Assembly (NCBI RefSeq): GCF_036365525.1
Contig: NC_090382.1
Span: 111,448,372 to 111,512,371, forward strand
DNA from: Heterodontus francisci
Taxonomy: Eukaryota
Reading direction: 5' to 3'
Length of the DNA: 64,000 bases
The stretch's first letter is position 1, and each line of letters begins with the position of its first letter. Below are positions 1 to 11,324 of the stretch, piece by piece. A program made the position numbers and the translations under genes. The notes beneath the pieces were generated by a model. The model searched no databases, was not told the origin of the DNA, and saw only the letters and a program-made list of their open reading frames with translations.

Positions 1-1117
1 GTCTTCGCCAGTCTACGTGACCGAGAACAATTCACCTGGTAATTCCATTGGATCAGTGACAGCGTTCGACGCAGATACTGAACAAAATTCTCAGCTTTCT
101 TACAGCATTCTGGAAAGTAATCTTCAGGGAGATCCAGTGTCCTCATATGTTTCTATCAACTCAAAAAATGGCTTCATCTATTCGCAGCGGTCATTTGATT
201 ACGAGCAGCTTAAAAGTTTTAAGATCCAAGTTCAAGCTCAGGATGCTGGACTCCCAATGCTTTCCGGGAATACCACTGTAAATGTCATTATTCTAGATCA
301 GAATGACAACCCTCCTGTAATTACATCACCTAGCTCAGTGAACTACAACAAGGCAATTGTGCCTCGATCTGCCAATCCAGGACTTTTGGTAACGAAGATA
401 ATTGCTTCTGATGCTGATTCTGGACAGAATGCACGAATTTCCTATCTACTCGTGCAAGCCACTGACCCGGGTCTTTTTAGAGTTTCTCATAGCACAGGAG
501 AAATAAGAAGCGTTCGCCGATTTAATGATGATGACGCCACCGCACAAAGACTAGTCATCCAGGTAAAGGACAATGGACATCCATCTCTCTCTGCCACTAC
601 CACGATTACGCTCACTATAATTGAACAGAGCGAACAAATTCAGTCAGAAGTTGTCAATCTTCACCGAGATTTACAGCAATCGTCCGATTTGGCTTTTTAT
701 ATAATAATTTCTTTGGGAATAATATCCTTCTTACTTCTTGTTATTATCATTGTTATTGTTATTGTCATTTGCCCAACCGACGGGCAACTTGACTGCAATG
801 AAATTTGCAGTCTTACCAATTGTTGCTGTGTCAGAGAATTAGACTCCAAAGCTAGAATGCATAATTCACACGTCGACCTTCATGTCGTGCCAGACTCCAA
901 GTTAATTAGGAATGTTCTTGAGGTTCGAGGGAATGGATCCATTTCAGATACATACCGTTATAAAGTTCGATTAGCACCAGAGGCAACCAAAATGGAATCG
1001 ATGTATTTCGTTCCAGTAAGTCCAACAAATTCTGGAACTTTTAGAAAGAATATTCGAACATGTGCGTCAGGACGAAATGCAAACATGACGGATAATTGGG
1101 CATATATACCTAGCGAA
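1..1117 (+). CDS. Clustered protocadherin variable exon A (5'-truncated): EC5-EC6, TM, variable cytoplasmic domain
   Basis: Cadherin motifs (ENNSPG, AFDADT, FDYEQ, LDQNDNPP, DADSGQNA, VKDNGHPSLS), TM FYIIISLGIISFLLLVIIIVIVIVIC, phase-0 donor GAA|GTGAGT with GT at 1118. ORF-track extension to 1375 is intronic read-through. Confidence 0.95.
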
Positions 1118-1681
1118 GTGAGTATTATACGTTACAATAAAGAAAACAAAAGTTGGAAGTGCACAACGTGTGGACCAGTATCTAGAGAAAGAGGCAACTT
1201 AAAATTCAGGTTCTGTTCCTGCTATTTAGCATTTCGAGCATTTTCTATTTTTGGCTCAGATTTGATTCTACCAAAAGTGCAATATATTGTGTCTTACTCC
1301 GTTGCCCGTTACACAATTTTGCTCAGTTTACTTTTTTTGGCAAATATGATGCACTCACGTTGCTTCTTTTCCTAAGGAGTGATTGTAACATAAAACAGAT
1401 CCTGGGGAATATAAGGCACGGATTTTAAAATGGGTAGGGTGTATAAACGGCCGAATTGGTGAGAGTAGTGATGTCATTGCGCACGTTCACTGTATTTGAC
1501 GAGCACACGCTAAACTATCTCAAACTAAACAATACTGATTCTTCACTATTATCCATAGCAACACACAAAACAAAAGGTTGAAAACGTAGGTATGAGTTCG
1601 CACTTCCCCTCTGGTGGGTTTTTTTTTGGTGAACTTCCTCATTCAATAATAATTGTGGGGACCAGGTTTAATCTGATACTC

Positions 1682-2369
1682 TAAAATAAAAGCAAAATAC
1701 TGCGGATGCTGGAAATCTGAAATAAAAACAAGAAATGCTGGAACCACTCAGCAGGTCTGGCAGCATCTGTGGAAAGAGAAGCAGAGTTAACGTTTCAGGT
1801 CAGTGACCCTTCATCGGAACTGACAAATATTAGAAAAGTCACAGATTATAAGCAAGTGAGGTGGGGGTGGGGCAAGAGATAACAAAGGAGGTCTAGATTG
1901 GACCAGGCCACATAGCTGACCAAAAGGTCACGGAGCAAAGGCAAACAATATGTTAATGGTGTGTTGAAAGACATTCTTTTTTACATTTTTTACAATCTTT
2001 TTTTTGCATTTATTTCATTTCATCTTAGTTTGTTCAGTTTGCTTACCCGCTGTTTTTTTTTCAGGTTTGCACTGCTGCTGTTCAATATTCAGTGTATTAA
2101 TACCTAATCTGTACTAATGCTTTGTCTTTCAAGACACCATTAACATATTGTTTGCCTTTGCTCCGTGACCTTTTGGTCAGCTATGTGGCCTGGTCCAATC
2201 TAGACCTCCTTTGTTATCTCTTGCCCCACCCCCACCTCACTTGTTTATAATCTGTGACTTTTCTAATATTTGTCAGTTCCGAGGAAGAGTCACTGACCCG
2301 AAGTGTTAACTCTGCTTCTCTTTTCACAGATGCTGCCAGACCTGCTGAGTGGTTGCAGCATTTCTTGTT
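1682..2369. mobile_element. Non-coding Penelope-like element insertion with inverted pseudo-LTR arms
   Basis: Arms ~1723-1973 and ~2123-2373 are reverse complements and match the 3' region of the GIY-YIG element at 24812-25285. Flanked by direct repeat TTTAATCTGATACTC (1667-1681, 2370-2384). Confidence 0.85.
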
Positions 2370-2646
2370 TTTAATCTGATACTCCACTGATTCCGCTGGA
2401 ATAAACGTCAAAAAATAATCCACTACAGTCGTGCTGCGCATTCAGCAGATGCTCACTCCAGACAGTAACAGAAGTTGCCTCTGGAATCTTCGATTAATCT
2501 GTTTCTCCAATTTGGTAGTTGTGCAAAAGTGAAGGTTGATCTTCTGATTTCACGTATGTTCTTTCTCTAATGTTAATGAGGCATCTTGCTCTATAAGGAT
2601 CATCCATATTAAGCTTTGTCCCTTCCATTTCACCCAAATTTTTTTT

Positions 2647-2912
2647 GAGATACAGCAGTGAAACAGGCCCTTCGGCCCACCGAGTCTGTGCAGACCAACA
2701 ACCACCCACTTATCCTAACCCTAACCCCATATTCCCTAACACCTACCTATACTGGGCGCAATTTACAATGGCCAATTTACCTGTCATCTGAAAGTCTTCG
2801 GCTGTGGGAGGAAACCGGAGCACCCGTCGAAACTCCACACAGGCAGTACTCATGATCGAACCCGGCTTCCTGGAGCTGTGAGGCTGTGGTGCTAACCACT
2901 GCGCCGCTGTCA
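2647..2912 (-). mobile_element. tRNA-derived SINE (HE1/V-SINE-like), internally deleted
   Basis: Matches the copies at 5536 and 14254: tRNA-like head and CR1-like 3' end GGGCCGAAGGGCCTGTTTC. Confidence 0.8.
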
Positions 2913-4509
2913 CACTCTCGAATTTGCAGCCCTAATTTCTGCTGTCACGATTTTTGGTAAGGCTTGCGTGTGAACATTTACTACTGTATTTTAATAGTTA
3001 GCATTCATTTTTGCTATCTCAGCTGTCATAATGTTCCAAGGCGAGCTTGTAGAAATACGACATATTCATCAACTACCATGGGCAAGGACGAGAACAATTT
3101 ACTGGTGTGCGCTAAACCAAAGCTGGTGTCACCTAATCAAAACTTGCTAATTAATCAAGGTCTTTTTATATATTTCTCAACCGCTTGAGGTATCTTACAT
3201 TTTAGGTATTAACCCACCAACTGGACTTCTCAGCAGAAAAAGACAGGAATGTTGTTGGAAATACATTAGTCTGAGCTCAATGTCATAATGCGTTGCTTAC
3301 TGTAGTTATGAAAAAATATTGTTACTTCATTCAAAAAAGAAATGATTTCTTCATTTAATCATGCCTCAGTTTGAGGATAGTTAATTAAGTATCATAAATA
3401 TGTATAATTGCGTATGATGCTTATATAGCGCAGACGTATTGCGAACTTCAACGTGCTAACAATGAATTGGACGGCCATAATGTGAGTATCAGCAGACAAA
3501 GCACGTCTACTTATGTGATCCGGTACTATTAACATAATCTGGGTGATCTGAGGAACCTACATGGGAGAGGCAAAATTAGACTAAATAATATGCAATAAAT
3601 TGTTGAAGCAATTTACAGTGAGACGTCACCTTGGAAGCAGCGCAATATGATAAAGGTTCGCACCATTTACGCTAGAGCGGAGAGATATACACATTCACTT
3701 TTCTGAATGTGAATTATGAAGAAAAACGGAGTGAAGGGAGGAGGACTTGGGTAGACATTTAGAAGGAAGGATATTAAAAACAAAACGTGTATAATTACAG
3801 ATTGCATTTATTATATTCAGAAAAGGTGCAATAGATAAAAGGAGCCTACATCTCTGGCGATGCAATTTACACAGAAAAGTAATCTTTGCATTGTCGTCTT
3901 CTGCCATTTCCAACAACTGCAACAGAAACATAACATAAGCACGTTTTGCTCTTACCTCCCTTGCTGTCTTTGGTGGGACCTGGCACCACCAGTTGCTTCT
4001 TCCAGCATCACCAGTAGATCCAGTTGTTTTTTTTCTTATAGCTTCTCAGTTAACTCCAGGAGATGAAAAAAAACTATTAGTTTACTTCCTGTCTCACAGA
4101 GGAGCATGTTTCCAAATATTCCTTTCATTTTAGTATGTTACATGCATTTTCTTCAATCTCGCAAACTTTTTTTTTCTGACGAAAATGCTGCCACATCTAC
4201 ATCAGGAAAGCTTAATATACATTGGGCGAAAACATTACTGAGGACCTTCATGCTCTACCATCTGTTATCCTGACCTCCATCTAGCTGGCCGCTTAAATTC
4301 CTCTCTGACCTCAATCACTTAGGCCTCCTACATGACTTCAATGAAGCTTCATGGCAGTATCTCAGGTTCAGAATGGTAGAAACTTTGGGGCATTTGCAAG
4401 TTTGAAAAAGGGTGAAAAATTAGGAAGGGGTGAAGACATGAGAATGAGCTTTCAATTATAAAGCATTGGCGATAGGAGTTAGTATAGGTCAGCACGTGTA
4501 GAATGATAG

Positions 4510-6945
4510 TTTCTTTTTATTTGTCATTGGGATGTGAGCATCGCTGGTAAGGCCACCATTTATTGCCCTTCCCTAATTGCCTTTGAGAAGGGGAGCCACT
4601 TTTATTAACCACTGTAGTCTATGTAGTGCAGGTACTCCCATAATGCTATTGTGTAAGGAGTTCTAGGATTTTCACCCGGCGTCAGTGAAGGAACGGTGAT
4701 CTAGTTCCAAGCCAGGATGGTGTGTGGATTGGCGGGAAACTTGGAGGTGGTGGTGTTCCCATATATCTGCTGCCCTTGTCCTTCTAGTTTGTAGAGGTGG
4801 CAAATTTAAAAGGTGCTGTCAAAGGAGCCTTGGTGAGTTGCTGCAATGCATCTTGTATATTAGTACACACTGCTGTCACTGTGCGCCAATGATGTAAGGA
4901 GTGAACGTTTAAGGTGGTAAATGGGATGCCAATCAATCAGGCTGCTTTGTCTTGGATGTTGTTGAGCTTCTTGAGTGTTGTTGGAGCTGCACTCATCCAG
5001 GAAAGTGGAGAATACTCCTTTGCCCTCCTGACTTGTACCTTGTAGATGGTGGACAGGCTTTGGGGAGTCAGGAGGTGAGTTACTTGCTGCGGAATTCCAA
5101 GCCTCTGGCCTGCTCTTACAGCCACAATATGTATATGGCAGTCCGGTTGATTTTCAGGCCAATGGTGGCCCCCCAGGATGTTAATGGTGGGGGATTCAAT
5201 GACGGAATTGCCATTGAATATCAAGGGAAGATGGTTAAACTCTCTCTTACTGGAGATGGTTCTTGCCTGGCACTTGTTTGGCATGAATATTACTGGATGC
5301 TTATCAGACCAAGCCTGACTATTGTCCAGGTCTTATTGTGAGTGGTATCGATTACTCTGCAATCATCAGTGGACATCCTCACTTCTTACCTTATGATGGA
5401 GGGAAGGTTAGTGATGAGGCAGCTTGAAGAAGTTTCGGCCTAGGACACTGCCCTGAGGAACTCCTGCAGCGTTGTCCTGGAGCTGAGTTGATTGGCCTCC
5501 AACAACCACAACCATCTTCATTTATGCGAGGTATGTTTAGTTTAGTTTAGTTTAGTTTAGAGATACAGCACTGAAACAGGCCCTTCGGCCCACCGAGTCT
5601 GTGCCGACCATCAACCACCCATTTCTACTAATCCTACACTAATCCCATATCCCTACCACATCCCACCTGTCCCTATATTTCCCTACCACCTACCTATACT
5701 AGGGGCAATTTATAATGGCCAATTAACCTATCAACCTGCAAGTCTTTGGCATGTGGGAGGAAACCGGAGCACCCGGAGGAAACCCACGCAGACACAGGGA
5801 GAACTTGCAAACTCCACACAGGCAGCACCCAGAATTGAACCCGGGTCCCTGGAGCTGTGAGGCTGCGGTGCTAACCACTGCGCCACTGTGCCGCCCCAAC
5901 CAGTATGACTCCAACCAGTGGAGAATTTTCCCCTGATTCCCATTGGCATGAAACTGGTTCAGGTTCATTGGTGTAACACTTGGACAAATGATGTCTTGAC
6001 GCCAAGGACAGCCACACTCACCTCACCTCTGGAATTCTGCTCTTTTGTCCATGTTTGGACCAAGATTGCAATGAGGTCTGGAGCTGAGGAGAACCTAAAC
6101 TGAGCATCAGTTATTTCTGAGTAGGTGTCGCTTGATCGTGCTGTTGACAACACCTTCCATCACTTTGAATTTGATTGAGAGTAGACTGATGGGACAGTAA
6201 TTGGCTGGGTTACATTCGTCCTCCTTTTTGTGGACAGGACATACCTGGGCAATTTTTCACGTTGTCGGATTGATGCCGGTGTTGTCACTGTACTGGAACA
6301 GCTTGGCTAAAGGCATGGCTAGTTCTGGAGCACGAGTCTTCAGTACTACGGCCGGGATGTTGTCAGAGCCCATCGTCTTTGCTGCATCCAGTATCTTCAG
6401 TTGTTTCTTGATATCACATGTAGTGAATCAAATTGTCTAAAGACCGGCATCTATGATGGTGAGAACCTTTGGAGTAGGCCGAGATGGATCATCGTTCAGC
6501 ACTTAGGATGAAGATGGGTTTCAAATGCTTCAGTCTTGTCTTTTGCACTGATGTGCTTGGCTTCCGATGGGGGCGTCTTCTGCTCCGGTTAGTAGTTTGA
6601 TTGTTCATGACCATTCACAAGCTTTGATCTGATCCATTGGCTGGGGGAATTGCTTAGCTCTGTCTATAGCATGCAGCTTCTGCTGTTTCGCATGCATGTA
6701 GTCCCTTATTGTAATTTCATCAGTGCGGCACCTCATGTTTAGGTATGCCTGGTGCTGCTCTTGGCATACTCTCCTGCACTCCTTATTGAACCAGGGTTGG
6801 GCCCCTAGCTTAATATTAATGGTAGATTGAGCTCTGCCGGGCCATGAGGTTACAGATTGTGGTGGAATGCAATTCTGTTGCAGCTGATGGCCTACAGCAC
6901 CTCATGGATGTCAGCTTTTGAGCTGCTGGATCTGTACTGAATCTA
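4510..6945 (-). mobile_element. Degenerate CR1-group LINE (RT region and 3' UTR), interrupted by a SINE
   Basis: ORF 4937-5284 (PNKCQARTIS...PTINILG...IYKVQVR..EYSPLSWMSAAPTTLKKLNNIQDKAA) is the C-terminal part of a non-LTR RT. Homologous to segments at 26640-27830, 47420-49340 and 61440-61910. Boundaries approximate. Confidence 0.75.
5536..5896 (-). mobile_element. Full-length tRNA-derived SINE (HE1/V-SINE-like) with (TAAAC)n tail
   Basis: Minus strand starts GGGCGGCACAGTGGCGCAGTGGTTAGC (A box) ... GGTTCAATTC (B box); CR1-like 3' end; microsatellite tail. Confidence 0.9.
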
Positions 6946-6949
6946 GTTG

Positions 6950-7740
6950 GGGCTTAGTGCAATATAGAATACGGGCAGCACCGTTTTGGATCAGCTGACG
7001 TTTACAGAACATAGAGGTTGCAAGGCTCCCAAGAAAGCATTGCCGTAGTTAATTGTAGAGGTGACAAATTCAAGGATTACGTTTTCAGTGGCTGAGGTAG
7101 AAGCACAGGTGGACAATGGAGTGGTCCTGGAGGTGGAAATAGCATTGTGATTGTCAGGATACGTGTTTAAACGCTAAGCTATGCGTCAGATAGGATGCCA
7201 TACGTTGTAAACCGTTTGATGCAGCCTGAGACAGTGGCCATGTACAGGCAGAGAGCAAGTAGCAAGTTTACATGATTTGTGGTGGGCCCAGAATCGATGG
7301 CATTAGTACTCTGGATGTTTAATGGAGGATTTGCGGCTCAGTCAAGATGAAAGGTGGGACAGGCAGTCTGATAGCAATGAGACAGCAAGTATTTCGAGAA
7401 TAGTGATGGAAATGCAGAGCTGTCTGTCATCAGCATACTGTTTGAAGTTGATCTCTTGTCTATGGATGATGTTTCCAAAGGCAGCATATGAATGTGGAAG
7501 ACGAGGGGATCAAGGACAAATTGTTAACGAATTCCAGAAGTAATGGCGTGACGGTAAAAAGAGAAGCTATGACTAGAAATATTCTGGGTACGACTGCATA
7601 TATAAGAATAGAAACAAGTTAGGATCGCCCCATTGAACTGAGCATCAGACATGCAACATCAAAGGTCGGTAGTGTGGTCAAATGTGTAAAAGACTACAGA
7701 AAGGTCGAGGATGATGACGAGAGATAATGCATCATAGTCA
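6950..7740 (-). mobile_element. Degenerate L2 LINE fragment
   Basis: Similar to the L2 piece at 14930-15650; remnant YADD-like codons on the minus strand near 7430; appears to continue at ~4400-4500 across the CR1 insertion. Confidence 0.5.
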
Positions 7741-8797
7741 CACTCATAAAGAATATCGAAGACTCTCCTTAATATCTATCTAATTGATGAAGCTTTTCCT
7801 CATGTCCCGTAATGCCTCTTTCTTTGGCTTCGTGCCATTTTTTGTCTGATTACATTTCTGTGAAGCGTATTGGGACGTTTAACTATGTAAACAATTCTAG
7901 TTAAATGCAAGTTGTTGTTAGGGGCTTTGGGTTTTACTGTCAAGTATGTTAGATCACCCCCATCTAGTGTAGTAATGAAAGAACTGGACTTATTTCTGGT
8001 GAAGAATGGATAGGGTAGAATTGTTTGGGGCTTGATGCCAGGTCATAGCATGAATGAAAAATGCATTTACATTTTTTTCTGAATCTTATATCCATTTTAC
8101 CTAAAGCCTTATGAAAATTTTATGAAGCAGTGGAAAACTATCAGGTTACATGGTCTTATTAGACAGGGATGTATAACCCAGATCAACGATACTTGTAAGG
8201 GTTGTGAACAGCTTAGCTCTCTGGAAGGAAAGCGATGCAGGTTGCCATCCATTTTCTTTCGCTGTGTCCCAATAATTTGTTTGTGGATGCGTTTAAAGTT
8301 GGTCTTGAAGTGTCTTTTCCAAAGCATTTTTTCAAATCATTTTCTCTGTTGGTTTTAAAATCAGCATGTTGTTGGAAAGCGGGAATCTATTCGATTCTCC
8401 GTCTTGAACTGTGGTTTAAGCAGTGACATATAGCAGGTTCGTCAAAGTGCTCCATTGTAACCCTATGCGGCTAAAGAGTTGATTCAAGAGGAACCTTGAA
8501 GCTACCAGGGTCATCGTTTTCAATTTTTGTATCCTGGCTGAATGCTCTAGGAAGTAGCAACTCTAGCTTGAACGCAAATCAGCAGTGCCATGCTGAGAAG
8601 AGACTAGAATACATCAGCTTTTGTTTTCTCTCGAGGAGCCAAATTGCTTAGTCCTTAGAATATCTGACTTTTAATCTGCGCATAAAGCTTTCAACTCCCC
8701 GTTCCACTTTCGGGTAGCCCAACGTAGCATTAGAATTTCACGCTGCTGCTCGATGCTGTCTCAATAAAAGCCGTGAATAAATATTTGATTTTTACGC

Positions 8798-9922
8798 ATC
8801 AGCCGTGGCTCAGTTAAAGTAGTCTGCCTGTAAGCCAGAGGGTTATGAGTTCAAGTTCTACTCAGAGACTTGGGCATATGATTCAAACTGACACTTTTGT
8901 ACAGTAATGAGCAAGCGCCGCATTATCATTATCTTTCGGAGGAAACATTAAGCCCAGGTCTGCCTGCCCTCCCATGTAGCCAGAAACGATCGGATGGCGC
9001 TGTTCGAAGGAGAGCAAGGATGTAGCCCCGATCCCCAGGTAAATGTTGATAGACTCGTAGAATCATTGAATGGTTACCGCACAGAAGGAGACCATTCGGC
9101 CCGTTATGGCCATGCCAGCTCTCTGCAAGAGCAGCTTATCTATTCCCATTCAGCGCTTTTTTTCGTAGCCCTGCATTTTTTCTCTGTTGATAATTCTCTT
9201 TTGAAAGGCTTGGTCGAATGTACTTCCCCCACACTCTCAGGCAGTGCACTCCAGATCCTAACAGTCGCTGCCGATCAGCTTAAATCGGTGTCCTGTGGTT
9301 CTCGATCCTTTTGCCAACAGGAACAGTTTCTCCCTGTCCAGACCTCTCATGATTTTGAACACCTCTATCAAACCTCCTCTTGATCTACTCTTCCATAAGG
9401 CAAGCAACCCCAGCTTCTCCAATCTATCCACCTAACTGAAGTTCCTCATCTTTGGAACTATTCTCATGAATCCTTTCTGCACCCTCTCTAATGCCTTCAC
9501 ATCCTTCTTAAAGGGCAGTGCCCATAACTGGGCACAGTCTGCCAGATAAGACCGAACCACATTTCTTATATCTGCCAGTTCTGAAGAAGGGTCACTGACC
9601 TGAAACGTTAAGTCTGCTTCTCTCTCCGCAGATGCTGCCAGACCTGTTGAGTATTTCCAGCGTTTCTCATTTTTATTTCAGATTTCCAGCATCCCGCAGT
9701 ATTTTGCTTTTACTCCAATGCTTTATACGGGTTTATCAATTAACATCAATTAAACAGATTATCTGGTTATTATCTTATTGTTGATTGTGAAACTTTGATC
9801 TGTGCATTTTGGCTGCTGCGTTTCCTACATTACCACGGTGAGTATACGTCAAAAGTATTTCATTAGCTGCAAAGTGCCTTGAAACGTTCAGAGGCCATGA
9901 AATGTGCTATAGAAATGCAAAT

Positions 9923-9953
<31 letters not shown>
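8798..9953 (+). mobile_element. Deu/SacSINE1-like SINE with L2-type tail, interrupted by a CR1 fragment and a PLE fragment
   Basis: tRNA-like head (GCCGTGGCTCAG...GTTCAAG) at ~8800. The 3' half (CAGATTATCTGG...GCTATAGAAATGCAA plus (TTTC)n) resumes at ~9745. Homologous copies at 34875, 60020 and 61975. Confidence 0.6.
9574..9711 (+). mobile_element. Short Penelope pseudo-LTR fragment starting at the hammerhead motif
   Basis: Near-identical to 25146-25283. Confidence 0.8.
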
Positions 9954-9954
<1 letters not shown>

Positions 9955-11006
9955 ATTTGTGTTGATGAGAGTAGAGTTTCAGCAGAAAGTTAACCTATTG
10001 TGTATATCTTTTTTTCCATACAATTATTTATGATTCAAAACTCTCAGATGTGCAATGGAGGGATTTCTCTTGTTCCATGTGCGATCTGCATTCCTTAGTT
10101 GTGAGGCGGATTCGTGAGGAAAAAGGTACATGGTTGCAGGAGGGTGGTCTAGCATAATCTAACTTGTCGTTTTGTATTTTGAATGAGCATTTGGTCACAT
10201 ATCTCTTTCCTAATTCTGCATACGTTAATATCTGGATTACGCAGTTGGTGACAATGAAAACGATGTCGCAGGAAGAAACAAATATTTGATATGGAAGCTT
10301 CCAATTTAGCTTGCACCCTGCGGAGTATCATATTTATAATTTAAATACTACTGCGTGATAAAGCGCATTTAGTAATATTAAGCGTGTTCCGCTAGATCGT
10401 ATTTAATCAGACTTGGGGGCAAGAAGTAGAAGAAATTGTTTCAGCTGAAGATTTAAAAAAAAATAAGTGGATGGTGAGCTGCATTCGAGGAAAATCAGAT
10501 TAAGGGAAGTAGTTCTCTTTTCTCGGTGTAACAGCATAATTCAGTGTCTGAGCCAATTTGTGATTTTTTTGTGTATCAAATTGGCAAGGCCTGACAGTAT
10601 TATGAATGGTCTAGCACCTGTAATTAAGCTACGGGACTGACTTCCAATGTGCTAACGTCCAGAAAAAAACTAGTTGGCAACTATTCCGGATTTTCTCTTG
10701 GACAGCGACATCATTTTAGTTATGCACGGAATATTCTGGTTACTGGCAAGAATTTATTTGAATCTTCTAAGAGAAAACAAATTATACAAATTAGTTGGCA
10801 AAATCTATTATCAAAAGTTATAGTACAGGCAGCATGCGTGATTGTCACTGCACAATTAAAATTTCTTTAACATTCGGTAATAGATTATTGAGTTCTCCGA
10901 AACTGATAGCACTATTCCAATTTGTTATGACAGAAGGATTACTACAGGTAAAATGCACATTGGCAATTTTTACACTGAGATAAGATATGACTTTAAGAAG
11001 TGCTAT

Positions 11007-11053
11007 GTGTAATTATTGGATAAAACTCTTTGTGTCGCTGTCTACCAATGAGG
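11007..11053 (+). promoter_or_regulatory. Conserved sequence element (CSE; CGCT core, putative CTCF site) of variable exon B promoter
   Basis: GTGTAATTATTGG-ATAAAACTCTT-TGTGTCGCTGTCTACCAATGAGG, ~290 bp upstream of the ATG; near-identical elements precede exons C and D. Confidence 0.9.
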
Positions 11054-11324
11054 AATTGAAAAATGAAGAGAGATCCATCAGCCCTCCCCCAGCACCGTAC
11101 ATACGGTGAAGAAGGAAGAGAAAGGAAGGCAGGCACCCAGATTGCGGTTGCATCTCAGCCATCTTTGTCCTTCTTTCCTTCTAGTGATTCTACATTCGGC
11201 GGACATGAGATTTATCAATCATTTTCCTTTGGACTTCGCACTAAGACAGGTGGCTTTAAGTAACATCTACTTTTTACTAATATTTACACAGCAGTGCGAA
11301 TGAAAGGACGTCTTCACACAGATA

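Noticed and set aside
1118-1375. 86-codon C-terminal extension of exon A with a hydrophobic stretch (similar read-throughs in B, C, D)
   Set aside because: It begins at a consensus GTRAGT donor at the homologous position in each paralogue. Extension lengths and sequences are unrelated, consistent with intronic read-through.
5830-5896. tRNA-like sequences (also at 14254, ~28350 and ~62400)
   Set aside because: These are SINE heads with A/B boxes and LINE-derived tails, not tRNA genes.
9711-9717. TACTCCA directly after several PLE fragment ends (also 43661 and ~2380)
   Set aside because: Too short and too few cases to claim a target-site preference or 3' transduction; absent at 25285.
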